Positions 26,905-40,167 of a stretch of DNA of 64,000 bases are shown in pieces. Position numbers and translations under genes: made by a program. The stretch spans positions 786,207 to 850,206 of the forward strand of contig BDGG01000001.1 of assembly GCA_001949185.1 (NCBI GenBank), written 5' to 3'. Each line of letters starts with the position of its first letter. Positions within the stretch are counted from its first letter, which is position 1. Source of the DNA: Ramazzottius varieornatus (taxonomy: Eukaryota > Animalia > Tardigrada). Under the pieces are notes generated by a model. That model worked only from the letters and a program-made list of their open reading frames with translations. It was not told the DNA's origin and did no database searches.

Positions 26905-27036
26905 GGCTCCTCTCACCACCGACACCACCGAAGGGCTCATCTCACCACCGGTTTTAATTGACACACCACCGATGGGCTCCTCTCACCACTAATATTTAAA
27001 CTTTTGACACCACCAACGGCTCATCGCACCACCGCC
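26905..27036. repeat. Four short GGCTC(A/C)TC(T/G)CACCAC repeats, probably an orphan transposon subterminal region
   Basis: The motif occurs four times within ~130 bp, ending CACCACCGCCC. No partner end was seen. Confidence 0.4.
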
Positions 27037-27189
27037 CAGAATTTTATTTCAACTGGAGGTGACCGAAATACGAGAAACTAGGTAGTATGTCCGTAATCTG
27101 TCGCTGGAAGAACACGTCATCCTGTGGGTGACAAAGAACTCTCAGAAGTGGGTGTCATCCTGTGGGTGACCAAGGACTCTCAGAAGTAC

Positions 27190-29075
27190 CACAGTGTACA
27201 TATTCATTTGGACAAACAGCTATTCAAGAACCATGATTTCCGGGGCGACCCTGCGATCGGCGTTAGGTTGCGGCTCCGGTGCCCATTGGGCCAAATACGC
27301 CACCGCGTCGTCCGGCGTAATAAAGGTGATTTAGAACAACTCGCTCGGCTGCGCGCCCGGGTCTACGCTTAACCTTTGTTGCGCTCTTTGCGCTAAAACT
27401 CGAACTCACCCAGCTAAGCAGATTTTGTCCAGAGAAAGATGCCTCTCTGGGGTTCTTCTTTGCAGCAATTTCAGCAGCAAATGCCAGCGCGAAGAACGCA
27501 CAGTCGACGCTGTTAACTTGGTCTTGTACTGATTCATTTTGACAGCGGAGTTCTTCCTCGCCTTGAGAATAGCACAGCCATAGCTCGTGCTTGACCTGCC
27601 AGGTCAACGCCACGCTTGGTTTGCTGTCAAACAAGCTCAGATCTCGTGTGGTCGGGTTCCATGCACTAGCCAACAAGTGATTAGCGCCATTGAAGTGCAC
27701 TTGAACGCATGTGCTTGTTTTGTCAAGTCTTCGAAAGTCTGGGTCGTGTAATCGGTCCGGCGTGAGTAATCCCGAAATGGCTCCTCCACCACGTTGGGCT
27801 AGCAGCACGGCCGTCGCCCATACAATGCTCGGGCAAACTGTCTGGTTCCGCACAACACGCGCAATTTCAGTAACAGTAACAGCTGGGTTCTCAAAGCACG
27901 CATGGCGTAATCGTTCAGTAGTTTACCGAAAGTCGTAAAGACTGCTTGGTACGTGGCACCGACTCGAACTATCGCGTTTGTTTGTCTGATTGAGAAACCA
28001 AGTGAAGGTAGATGCGCGTACTTTTCCACCGCAGAACCTGTACAAGATCTCGCTAAACTCCGACAGTGCAGGCGCAGTCCTCGCGTCATATGTATAGCTG
28101 CTTTCAAGGCGTGGAAGAAACTCTCGATGGTATTGTTAGTGTTGTTTCCGTAGGTACGGACATTACGAAATGGGTAGGCCCATGACTCTCTACAGTCGTA
28201 CCAGTTATCCTGCAGATAGTCTCGAAACTCTTCCGTCATGGTGCCATCGTTAATGAGGTCTTGCCAGTTTTTCTCGAAGTTGTCTTTATTGTAGCAGTGC
28301 GCAGCTTTGTCGAAGAGCTGGTAAATGCGCAGTCTGTCCTCCTTCACGTTTGGCAGTCTTCCGATCTTAGTCTTCATCCACTTCACCACATGAAACACGC
28401 ACAGTAACGGTCTAGCTTAAGGTAGTTCTCTCTTCAGCAAAGCAATCTCGTGAAAGTCCTTGTCCGTAAAAGCTACTTCAACCCTTTCTCAATACTCTGG
28501 ATGGGCGTCCTTGAAGGACTGAAGAAGGCCAAGTTCTCCTCTTTTTCCGACGAAAGCTGCCTGACCAACACCATTCTTGTCTTCACACATAATGGCATAC
28601 AGGCAAAAGCCTTCCCGGTTAATCTTGTAAGTAGCATCGATGAAGATTACTTCAGGGGGTACCACGGAAGTTTTTCGTGGTACCCCCTGAAGTACTGGTA
28701 AAATGATGCATATCCATCTTCCCGCTGCCTGGATAATCCGGATCGACATTTGGGCACAAACCACGTTTGCTTTGACATTTTTTCAAGAAGGAATAAACAT
28801 AGCCAAGCATCGCATGATGGTTGAATTTGCTCATATGCACTTGAGGAGAATGCTGTTGCGTAACAGGTACCGGGAAGTGGAATCTTAGAGCCGCAGCGAC
28901 TGATGCGCGAATGGAAGTCAGTTGTTGTTGCAGATTGTAACAACTTTAAGCGAAGGTGTCCCACTTACACCTACAAAGGTGGCTTTGTCGCTTCTGCCTC
29001 ATGGCTTTTGGCAATTTTCTAAGACGGACGTTGAGAAAACTGCAGATCTGCAATTCCGGAGGTGTTTTCCAGGAA
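27190..29075 (-). mobile_element. Degenerate MULE/Mutator transposase with C-terminal Ulp1-like protease (and possible PHD remnant)
   Basis: Transposase motifs FIDATYKIN..LYAIMCEDKNGVG, TDKD, LCVFHV, YLQDNW..SWA and TNNTIESFFHALK. These are followed by NH..FDS..QDQVNSVDCAFFALAFA. Contains frameshifts and stops. Confidence 0.85.
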
Positions 29076-29264
29076 CGACTGGCTGAAACAGATGAGTGTT
29101 CTAAGTGGCGCACACGTTCAGCCAACGGCTACAAGAATGTGCGCGACCGAAGACAACGATCTGGCTTCATTCATTTGCCCACGTCACAATTTTCATGACT
29201 GACTTAGTGAGAACAATGTGAGAAATACAGAGCCAAACGTGTCAATACATTCTTGATATTTTAG

Positions 29265-31150
29265 TGCGTGATACAGAGAAGGAAGATTTTTCTGGTTCGG
29301 GTTCTGAGGAGGAAGATGGAGTGGAAACTGATGCACAACCAACCGAATTCCAGATTCCGTTACCCATCGAGGAAGTGTTTCCGAAGCCCGTCACCGAAGA
29401 GCACGAGAAAGGTGATAAAAGATCAAAACCAAATGTTAAAAAAATTATTACTACTTCCGCTGCATTGTCGCGCACCATTTCTACCATATTCTAAATTCAG
29501 CAAAAAAGTTAGCACGATGCTTTTCGTGCGTCCAAAGGTCTAAGTCGGACCTACGCGAATAATCGGCGAGCTGTGACAGCTGAGGGAATTAGGCGACAGA
29601 TACGGAAAAGAAGACATGCGGTCCCACGATGCGATCCTGCTTCAATGCAGTACTTGGCAGAGCAGCTTCGACATCTGACTACACACCCCAACGGTCGCCG
29701 GTTTTCTGCTCACATGATGGCTTACGCTGCCGCCCTTATGCACCAGGGAGAAAGGGCTTACCGCATCGTCCAACGGTCCCATAGCAATATTCTACCGTCG
29801 GTCAGGAACCTTTTTATACAAAGGTTCATCTCATCAAGTCATGGATGAACAACTGGTTAAACGTGCCCGCTCAACCGTTTCTTTATCCCGAATTCCCGAG
29901 CTCGTCTGCACCACTTAACCAACGAGCACAATTTACGCACCTCAAGAAGGTGTACGACCAGGACAAGTTGACGCTGCTGAAGTCGAGCCGCTTGACCAGG
30001 AAGTCTGTCCGACCGCAGCCCATTGAGAGACAGAATGTTAAGCGCGCTCTCGTGAACTTCGACAGCTCTACCATTGCATCGCTTCAGCTGTACGCATCGC
30101 ACGATCCGAACGCCTACATGGGGTAAGGTAAAGCCTCCCAAAAAACCCCAACATGTTCATATGGGAGATCAGACAACGAACCCGAAAGAAGGGTTTCTCC
30201 AGAGGGCGCACGTTTGCACTTTTATCGGCTGAAAGCATGCACCACTTGGCATAACGATCTTTTGACTTTAATTGCTTCCCCAAGTGGCGCACGTTTGCGC
30301 TGTCTGTATCCCGCGACCCGCATGCAGATTCCCCGACAAAAAAATCGGTGAACAAACCCGACAAAACAATTATTCCAAGTGGCGCGCGCTTCGAGCTTTT
30401 TCTCGATGTTTATTTTTGATTGACTGATTTAAATAGTTTATAGGTTCGAGCAGACAGTAACTATGCTGGACGTCATGTCCAGATGGTGGCCATCATGAAT
30501 ATCCACTCCATGTCTGCTGGCCGGCGATTTCGCAGCGAGACGTCTCTCCCGTTCACTCGAGTGGACGATGAGCGCCTAACATGGCTAGACCAGTTCTGTC
30601 TTTGGGCATCAAACTGGTCCGCTGGATGCAAGAGACTGACCGACAAGAACACCAAATCACCGGGCCTCACGACCACCACATTTAAGGCTCTCATCCGGAC
30701 AACGCGAGGTGTAGTTCAGCTCATTCGCACGCTTTTGACTTCCGGCGCGTTTGAGTACGTTCTCACCGGTAAATTCCAGAGCGACACTATCGAGGCCCGC
30801 TTTGGATGCTACCGTAACCGTGCTGGGTATCAGCCCCTGGTCACAGCTACCGACTTGTTTTTTTGCCCAGAGCCGCATTCAGGTAAATCGAAAAGTTTTC
30901 TAAAATTATTGTGCTTGATGGAAGGTATTTTCTGGGAAATTTTCTTTACGCCGCGGAACACGTTTTTTAATTTATAGATGAATCAACATCTGATGGGGCA
31001 CAAGTGCACGTTTGGCACCGTTGAGCTGTTCAAGTGTTCAAGCCAATGAAACGAAACTTCTGGCAAAACAATCAGCCGCTTCGTGTTCGGATGGTAGAAA
31101 ACCCAAGAAAGCACGGCAAGACCATGAAGCTGTCGAGATAATAGTAAGTT
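29265..31150 (+). mobile_element. Degenerate intron-containing P-element/THAP9-like transposase
   Basis: Motifs GRRFS..AY..LPSVRNL, HLIKSWMNNWLN, LTRKSVRP..ERQNV..A..F and FEYVLTGKFQSDTIEARFG.YR. The segment carrying the first catalytic Asps is deleted near 29815. Intron at ~30123-30443. Confidence 0.85.
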
Positions 31151-31781
31151 CCACACGTCCTCTGTCCTTGTTAGTAACTCCACCATTAGCAGTGTATAGT
31201 TCACCTCTCTACACTGTTTCAGCAGTTCCAGAGTGACGGAAAGAGTGGGAGAAGCGACGCAGTGGAACTGTTTGAACGCGATCGGTGTGTCTGTGAGCGC
31301 TGAGTAAATAAAGATTCTCATAAGCGATCCTGCCTGTCTGGTTCTGCTGCCCACTGGCCAGCTTGTCTGACCTCTTCTGTAGCCCACTGCCGACTTTCCC
31401 CAGTTAGCTATTTGAGGCCAAAGAGTTTCACGGCCTGAACCCTTTAGAGTGGCTTTGTTCATGTGATCGATGTGTTTACTGCCGACTTCGCGTGGTATCC
31501 AAGCTGTAGCATGAAAGCATATGCTATCGATTAGTCTGAATCACGGCAGACGAGGGAATGCTCAACTGTAAGACCAAGCAGACGCATTTCAAATCTAACC
31601 TGAAATGTCGTAGACTGCAGCAGAAAAGCATGCCCCTCTTTCAAACCACGCAATTCAGAGGCTGGCACAGCAGCACTGAATTACATGGCTGAGCTGGGTT
31701 CGCAAGCTCCCGTATAGGAATCGTGTTGTCTGCTAGATACTTTGCTTGCGCGGATTCTTCATATGTATATCACGAGAAACT

Positions 31782-34471
31782 ATGGATAATCCGCCCGAAA
31801 AGAGCAACTGGAAGTCCTGGATACGTCCGTCTGTCGCTCTAAAATTTCTACAATTTGTAGTTCGCATGGAAGCTTGGACTAGTTCTCCATTCTTGTTGAC
31901 TGTTTTGGCTATATTTAACATTATCCTCGGCGTTGTCAACGGTCTTCAGTCTTTGCGTTTTCCTGGTCTACCAGCAGAAACCCATTACAGAAACAAGTTC
32001 TTCTTCCATCTAATTTTTGGCTCAGCTTTCATCTTGTACGAGACACTTCGCCGAATTTATACCAAACCCGAAACTCAGAGGATCGACTGTAAAGCTGCGA
32101 CAAAATTCGAATGGGATATTACGGGCATTCCGCTGTTAAGCATCATATTACTGTTGATCATACGTTTCTACCCTAATGAACTATTGTGCGTTCCGCCTGC
32201 TTGTCCCAACTCCAACGATAACGCTGTTTGGATTCAATCACGCACTTGGCCATTGTCTGCTCCAGAAATCGACTTACCTGCTATCCTGTATCGCGTAAGA
32301 ATTTCGGGTATGAATAATCCAGCCTTGTGTTTAAAGGCCAGACATATATATGCAAAATGGTGCATTCTCCGAGCGTACAACGCTGTCATCTGTTAATACA
32401 GTCTATATCAGCAAAGTTGATCCCTTCCACTAAGAGTTTCAATCAAAACTCCAGTTTTGCGCAATTAATTTCAGCCTTTTTGTGCTTGTAGTGTAGACTA
32501 TTCCTCGGGTTGTAAAGTGCGTCATGGCTGATGCAGCCAGCACACGTACACGCAATTTGCCTAATTATCGGCCGGGACAGAATTATCGGCCACCGGCCGA
32601 GAGCGGCAGCGCATCGATTGATTAGTTTGATTGCTCAGATTCAGCTGGCAGCCGTCGCTTTCGACCGGTGGCCAGTAACTTTGTCCCGGCCGATGATTAG
32701 GCAAATTGAGTGTACTTGTGGTTTTGACACAACGGAAAGTGCAAAGGGAGCGAAACGTGCCCTTTATGAAAAACAGTCTTGTAAATCGAAAACTTAAGAT
32801 CTCCGATCGAAATTTGTTTAACTGTGTGACGTACATTTTGGTTTAACATAGCAATGCCAGAAACCCCAAATTTTCGGAACTTTTAGGTCTCTGTCTCTGA
32901 GCAATCGACGATTTACCGGGTTTTCCATTGTATTTGGCCGAGTGCGGGAAATCCGAATTCCGCTTTCGGGCTCAATCAAACTCGGTGCCATTTTCACCGA
33001 AGGTGAAGAACTGCCAGTTCTAGCAGCTCTGCACGGTGATCAGATTCGTTACCGTGTCTCCAGAAGTTTTCTCGTGGATATGGGAAAACGTCACGGAGCA
33101 GGCTACACGGGGTACAACCCATGGATGGAGAAATGCCCACTGCTTTTCTCAGCACCGTCCTTTTCAAATACGTCTTTCATGTATCGATGGTGGAGGGGTC
33201 TGCCCTTTTTTAGATATTTAACACAGCGCTGAAAGTTTTTCGGTGTCAGTGGAAACCTAGTTGAAAAGCTGTTTTTGAGACATTTTGGACGACCTCGGTT
33301 CAGCTGACTGGAGTCTCCAGAAGACTATTTGAAAATTCAGAATTTATACCGCACTAGATGGAGAATTTATATAGCTCTGGATTGATACCAAAACATGCAT
33401 ACAAAACGTTTCGCGCAACTGAGCTGAGCTCTGAGGTTTTTCTGACGACCAGTGTGGTGGTGCAGCAGGGTCGAAGTATTATTTTCGCCTACCCTAGTCC
33501 GTTTTAATTTTGCCTGTGACTCATGGAGCCCGACGCTTCCATTGAGCCACCGCACACAACGTATAAAAACGATTGGGGATTCCGATGAAATTAAGTGGGA
33601 TGGGTAAATTCTTGTTTGGTGGGAGCACGGGACTTTCCAAGTAAAGGGATCAACTTTTACTGATACAGACTGCATGTAAGGTAAGTTTATCCCTGCTGTT
33701 GTACATGGCGTGGCTCGGTACGTATCATTATTCTTCTCCTCCCCAATTATCCGCCGTAATGCCAGCTCATTCTGCATCAACCACCTTGCTACGGTCGACG
33801 AATCTGGTTCTCAGAATTCTAACCTGCGTACTTTTTGAATTTCAGTCCTGACATTCGGAACAACGTGGCTCGCTGGATGTGGCCAGATATTATCTCTTCT
33901 CGTTTGGTGTTCAGGTCGTGATCTGTCAGTTCGCAAGATGCTGCAATCTGCATCCTATGGCCGAGTGGATTTGACCATGTGGAGAGAATTGGATTTTAAA
34001 CATTCCGCGCCGAAAAAATATCCGAATAAAGCTGATATTGCACTATTGTGCACGTCTCTGGGCACTGCATCCATCGCAATGCTGAATGTATTTGTCCTTA
34101 GACAAACGGACCAGCCGTGCCATCGTTCCGCTGATGCTCATCCTCTGATGAATGGCATATACATCAGCTTGATCCTATCGACTGGTATTCTTGGTGTAAC
34201 GGGTGCAAGTTGGATATGCGGGTACATTGCTAGTAGATTAAATACAACAGTGGACGCTTTAGGATGTGTATATCTAGCTCTGTATTTGACGTTAATGGAT
34301 ACAGTCCGAAGTAAATACGCTGTCTTCGCCTACCAGAAATATGGTGGAAACTTCGCTCGCGAAAATTCAGCAGGTTATAACTGCCTCGACTACTGGATGA
34401 TGCTGTTCATTGGTAAACAACACATACAACAAACAGTTTGTGATAAGAAAGCTCCGGGCCCTTTTTATTGA
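31782..34471 (+). pseudogene. Fragmented multi-TM gene(s), otopetrin-like
   Basis: RIDCKAATK..GI.LLSIILLLII, CTV..FSWIWENV, RELDF..DIALLCTSLG and LMDTVRSK..YQKYG resemble otopetrin DC..A.KGLF.GI, CTIEYS..MWKNI, LD..LL..G and W..NT...FYG. Contains stops and frameshifts. Confidence 0.38.
32549..32712. mobile_element. MITE, TA|CACG-type ends
   Basis: ~60-bp arms CACGCAATTTGCCTAATTATCGGCCGGGACA.. / ..TGTCCCGGCCGATGATTAGGCAAATTGAGTG, with TA on both sides. Confidence 0.85.
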
Positions 34472-36575
34472 CCATGCTGCTGCAAGGCCTTGACAAGACT
34501 TTTGTTCGCAAGTAACAATCGTCACTCACTAGATAATTAGTCTCTGTTTCTAACAAAAGTGGTGGCTTAACTTTGATGCGTCGAGTGGAAGTATTGTTTG
34601 CTATTACAGGAACTCTCGCGGCATGTTTCTACAAGTCTATCCGAAGGATATTCATCACGCTGGAAGACCAGCGGATATCTGATATTGGCTCCATCGAAAA
34701 ATGGCTATGTTGTTCCCAGAGCAGGAGTCTCGGTTTTCAGTCGTTGATGCAATACGTATACTGCTCGCTGACAGGTTCGGGTTCGGTAAAACATGATTTA
34801 CCGTGACACGGAGTATGGACGGCGGAATGGTCACCGGTCACATACTGCATTTAGTGTTCTGGGAGCCGTTGTAATTGACCGGCTGAATTTCGTTGGAAAA
34901 CCCATTATTTGCGGAAGAACGGACCGCCTTCTCCTTCCTCACAGCCGTCACAGCCACTGATCACGCGACAGTCGACGGACCGCCTCCGAGTAGGAAGGCT
35001 TTTTCTGACGGCACTATATGCAAAGGCCAGCTTTTCCGCTTCTCCTTATTTACGCTGTTCCCGTTGCCATGTAGTTTGAGATTCCCACCCACTCTCTTCC
35101 TACTGGTTGTTAAGTTTTTTCAATTTTTTCTTGACCCGTCGCCGAGAGGGTTTGCAAACTTACGCGTAAACACGCATAGTCACCGTTGCCTACACCAGCC
35201 TTATTCGGTAGGTTCCTGCCACCGGATTGCATTAAACCTATGTCCCCGAGTACCTCCTCTTTCGGACAGTCCGCTCGCCGGGCGCCGGCGCAGTACCAAA
35301 CATAATCTGAGAGCTAACAAAGATCAAGTCAATGCACTTCATTCGATCGTCTTAAAGTCTTAGACTTCCGTATCCGAAAATCACTGAGCAACAGCTTTGT
35401 CAATGCCGAAACATAGGCTCGGTACGTGTATATACAACCCGTTCCAGCCAACCTGCTACCACCAGGCATTTTGACGAGAAAAACTTCAAATGGCTAAATC
35501 CCCGCTCATGCTTTCCCTTTCTCTATACGAGGAGAAAGGTCCTACTTTGCTCACCATACGTCACGAGCTATACGCAGGCTTCTTAGGCTTTGTGACGTAG
35601 CCGTGACATACATTGGCAAAGTTGTACGCTGAGCAAAGTAAGACCTTGCTCCTCGTACAACCTTTTAAGCTACTTCGAATGAGTCATACTTTATCTTGTC
35701 CTGAGAAGCAGCTCTAAAAACTTGACTTGCACGACTTCCGGTGGGGAAGACCTCGCCGTGAATGAGATGCAGCCTGCCGGATTCCAGGTTTGGGCTCTCG
35801 TGCCTAAATAAATGTGAACGGACTCACAGCTACGTTAGTAGTCGGGAAAAATCGAGAAAGGGGGGAAAAGGTTCGAACGAACTTGGCAAACGATCTAAAA
35901 CCGTCGAATCTGGCCGTTTTGTCGGGAAACCTTATTTCGGGCACTGGAGTGCTGCTAAACCGACCAGTCAGTTGCAATCGGCATACCATAAAATCTGCTT
36001 ACTCATAATTAAGGCTGTCCGGGGTAACACCAGCCCGCCTGTGGTCATGGAGGTCCTAAGTTCGACTCAACCGGCATAAATTTTTATTTGAGTTTTCCTT
36101 TGATTTTTCATGTTTGCTTTGTTTCTTTCCATATCTAAACGTGGTTTTTCATTTCTAGTGATGGCGCGGTTGCGCAAGAGTTTCCGTCGTTTTCTTTCCC
36201 TGATTGGACTTTCGTCCACTCGGTATAGATGTAACCCGTAAATGGTCACCGGATGTACAGCCCTTCCCAGTTCCGTTCCCACGTAATCAATCAAGAGATT
36301 GATCATGTGTTTTCGATCCCAGTGCTGGTCGGTTTAGCAGCTCATCACTGATTTCGGGCGAAATTTCTAGCAGATTCGTGCTTCCAACCTATTTTCATGT
36401 AGCTCGGTTGCCTTCTAATTGTTCTGAACAACGGTACCCCGAGATATCAACGGAAAACCAAAAAGTTTTTCTAAAACGGTCCACGAAACGGCAAAAGTTG
36501 GTGCATTTGTCACTTCGCTCCTCGTTGACTTTAGTTTCGATCCTGACATTCTGTAGACAGATTCTTAGCCAGTAT

Positions 36576-36879
36576 TAGACTAGACTTAGCCAAAGTTTGG
36601 CTAGAGCCAATGGCTACTTTCGAAGTAGCCATGGCTAGTTGAAAATTAGCCATTGGCTACTTCGGAAAGTAGCCAAAGTGACCTTTTGGCTACTGTTTCA
36701 CAGTAAAAGTAGCCAATTGGCTACTAACCATTGGCTACTAACCATTGGCTACTTACCGTAAAAAAGTAGCCAAAGTGACCTTTTGGCTACTTTCCAAAGT
36801 AGCCAATGGCTACTTTTCAACTAGCTATGGCTCGAAAGTAGCCATTGGCTCTAGCCAAACTTTGGCCAGGTCCAGTCTA
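36576..36879. mobile_element. hAT-type foldback MITE built from GTAGCC/GGCTAC motifs
   Basis: The whole element is palindromic with TAG..CTA ends. 8-bp TSD GCCAGTAT / GCCGGTAT (1 mismatch). Confidence 0.85.
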
Positions 36880-36989
36880 GCCGGTATTTTTCCTGGACGT
36901 AGCAAAAAGCTTAGCAAACCAGGGAAGACCAGTTTCGAGGTCGAGAAATGATCGACTCAAGACAGCAATGGTTTTCTGAATGGTAGCAA

Positions 36990-38555
36990 GCCCGGTTGGC
37001 AGCGCCTTAAAAGCCTTGAATCTGCCCAAATAAGAACTGGGCCACGTCGGGGTTTTATTTTGGGGCTATTTGGTGGCTATTTGATGCACGTCAGGAACTT
37101 TCATGTCCCATAAACTTGAGTTTTTTAGGTTTTTCTGAGGTGCAATAGAAACCGTAGGGAATGCAACGGACGCGTCTATGGTAGTAGGTGCGGAAGTATG
37201 ACTTGTTACTCTTCGGAACACGTCAACTTCAAAAGCTAATGGTTACACTCCCCCTTGTTCTTTTGCCAGAATGTTTTTTTCTTTCACTGTGCCAACTTCT
37301 AACCATCGTTTGGCGTTCTACTGCTGAGTTTCTCAGCTCCGCGGCGAAGCAGGAATAATTTTGTCTCAATCGAGGATAACCAGATTTTTGGGTCATTCAA
37401 GACTGTGAATTTTTTCGAGGCGCCAACGCATCCCAAACGGGCTAGGAGATATGCTTCATTTTTTGAAAGAAAGCAGCTAACAAGTGTACTGTAGGAGATC
37501 AGGTAAATCATCTCCGCTCTTGAGATTTTCTGCTCGGAAGTCCTACGGAAGACCGAGGTGGGGGCGGACTACAACGTGCTCGGAGAGATTGTTGAATCCG
37601 ATTCTCCCCGAACTTCTGTGAAATCGTTACGAGACCTTGTAGAGTCCCAGGAAGTCCTCGCCGGACATTTAGACAAAACGGGAAGGCAAAAGAATTGGGG
37701 AATCGGATGCCCCGTTCATCTCGCGCACTCTAGAAATAACGCAGAGTTTTACCTTTCCCTACCCTCCCGGTTTTGAACCTGAGCGTACCATTCTCCGACC
37801 GCATTGTCCCCGGTAACAATAAATAAGCTCTATACGCCGTCCAGAAGCAAAAATAGGAATGTTTGAAAAGAGCGGAAGTACGGCAGAAAATTTCGAATCG
37901 TGTGCGGTATCAAAGAAAAATTGTGGTTACTGTCCTATTGCTATCCTACAATCCAGACCGCTATAAAATCGTCCTGATTGGCGTAACGATAGCCGCCAAC
38001 TAGACCTCTCTGGAACGGGGAAGAATGATAGAGAAGCTTGCCGTTCACTAAACGAAATTATTCGGTCGACTCACAGCACCACTGTTGCAAGTCAGCTCTG
38101 GAGTGCACACTGAACAAAAAGCTTCCGCAAAACTGCAGGAGGCGCGACTGGAAACTCTCCTTCACATATCAGGAAGAGTGGACCTGATACTGAAGGATTA
38201 TCACCATGTAGCAAAATTATTGCACCTCTAGCGAGAAAGAAAAATTTCCTCCAGAGGCCGCAAAATTTGGCGGCGAAGAGATTATTTTTTCTTTTCCCTT
38301 ATATTCTTACAGTTGAGCCACCGACGCGCCACCGAAAGAATGACTGAAGTACCTTGCTAGTACGGGTGGATAACTTGATCAAAAATACCGAGGTTTGAAG
38401 TCAGGTAAATTATTTGAAAATCTTCGGAGGAGGAGTAACAAGCCATACTTCCGCACCTAATAAGACGCCCTATTCCGTTCTGTGCCTGCCATGCACTCAG
38501 CAGGCACGAAATAGGAAACATAGGACGCTGGTTTTTCCTAATTGGCACTTTAGCT
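36990..38555. repeat. Dispersed repeat, copy A (split by the mariner at 37184-38460)
   Basis: 36990-37183 and 38461-38555 are the reverse complement of ~47045-47470, with a near-identical core. Confidence 0.85.
37184..38460 (+). mobile_element. Decayed mariner element (1277 bp)
   Basis: TIRs TAGGTGCGGAAGTATG(A/G)CTTGTTACTC with TA TSD; the empty site is visible in the 47-kb repeat copy. Remnants GRP..HLDKTGRQKNWGIGCPVHL (~WVPHEL) and PFSDRIVPGNNK (~FLDRIVTGDEKW). Confidence 0.85.
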
Positions 38556-38589
38556 CATGGAGACATTTTGGTCCTTTCCCTAGATGTTC

Positions 38590-39105
38590 CCTAGAGGCTC
38601 ATGCCAACAAGACCCCGATCACAATCAGGGCAATCTGACCTGGCGTGAGTCCTCCGGGATCCTGTTGGGATGGGGTGGTGGCAGGAACCTCGGGGATAGG
38701 TGTGCTGTTGGTCGGCAGAGTGGTGGACGACCCGCTCGTGGTCATTGCGACCGTCGTCGTGGTGGCCAGGTCGACAACTAAAAACAAATCGTTTAAGTTG
38801 TCGCGGTGTCAGGCATTATGATAACAAGCGGCGAAATACTTTCATTGCATACTTTAACGCATGCAATGAAGGTACTTCGCCGCGTATTTGTAAGGGAAAG
38901 CTATGTGACACCCATCCAACTTCTTGGGTACTTTTGCTGCATCCAGCGAACCCAAGTACAAGCCCGCCCAGGCCAACTTGCTACCACACATAAAATTGAA
39001 GTGTTCTCGACCCGATCATCGTCCAGCTTCCAACCTATTTTTCCTTGATTCAACATACTGTTTGCCATCTCTCGCTGGATAATCTGTCGGAATAGACATA
39101 GTACT
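38590..39105 (-). pseudogene. Disrupted type-I membrane protein (Thr/Pro stalk + TM; upstream exon possibly C-type lectin-like)
   Basis: TTTTVAMTTSGSSTTLPT..PGGLTPGQIALIVIGVLLA* has a stop within the TM. The upstream exon is frameshifted. Confidence 0.35.
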
Positions 39106-39829
39106 AAAAAAAAAAGCGAGGCGAAGAATGCGAGGCGAAAAAATTAGAACTAGATCTGAGCTACAGAAAAGTGTGTCGAAAAGATGAATCCGTCGTTCGG
39201 AACCGGAGCTACAAATTTTCCCGCAAAACGGTTTTTCCGGCAAAGTGGCGGAGTTCCCTAGTTTCAATTCATAGCTGAGCTAGTTCGATGTCCCTATGGC
39301 CGTTCCTGCTTTTTACTGACAACTCAGATACTCATAGGTGTACTGTCCTCAGACTGGGGATCGTAGCTCGCACCGAGAATTCTGGAAACTGTATTTCAGT
39401 AGCAGCGACATGTCTTACCCACCTTCGGTCGTATCAGAAAGAATTTCAAAGCTATTTCTTAGTGTAAGCACAGGAGTTCTGTGCTAATCGAAACAGCTTG
39501 AAAAGTTTTCTGGACATCGTGAACGTGTGCGCGGAAAAGATGCACTCTGAATTTTTTAACGTGAAAAGTCCAGGTGGTAGCAAGTTGGCCCGGGCAGGAT
39601 ATATTTTGGCGTTGTTAGCCTGGTAGGTCCCAGGCAGCATAATAAAAATCTTTGCCCATATTGCATCCAGATACGCCACACTTGAGCAACGCCGCATTTT
39701 CCGCGCATTATTTGCAGACTTCACTGCGTGCCTGTCTTAACATCTCAGCGAAGTTTTTGTATCAGCGAAGTTTTTGTATACGTAGTTATCCTTCACGAGA
39801 TTAAAGTTAACAGTCCACTTTATACTGTA

Positions 39830-39988
39830 CACGCGCGTGGCCCAAATGTGAGCATGGACAAAACTGTGGGCCACGGAACGAAGACGGCACGGGCCAACCG
39901 GGGTTGACCAATCCATTAAATCAATCGGAGCAGCGCCGCTTTCGCTCCGTGGCCCACAGTTGTGTTCATGCCCAGAAGTAGGCCCGTG
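39830..39988. mobile_element. MITE, TA|CACG-type ends
   Basis: Arms GCATGGACAAAACTGTGGGCCACGGAACGAA / TTCGCTCCGTGGCCCACAGTTGTGTTCATGC. Termini TACACG..CGTGTA. Confidence 0.75.
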
Positions 39989-40167
39989 TACTGGTAGTTA
40001 CGTTCAAAAACCGGTCAGAATGGCTAACAGGTAAAAAGAAAATTTCGGCCAGCCAGAGGCTGGCCTCACGAGGCTGCTACTTTTGCTTCCATTTTCCCAG
40101 CTATTTTCCCAGCCTGTCGAGGCTGAGAATTTGGACATTGGGACAGGCTGAGCCTCGTCAGCCTTAT

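Noticed and set aside
36040-36075. GGAGGTCCTAAGTTCGACTC, resembling a tRNA T-arm/B-box
   Set aside because: No cloverleaf or A-box could be built, so it is insufficient for a tRNA or SINE call.
36601-36870. GTAGCC/GGCTAC array as a satellite or CRISPR array
   Set aside because: The whole block is one palindrome with TAG..CTA ends and an 8-bp TSD, i.e. a hAT MITE.
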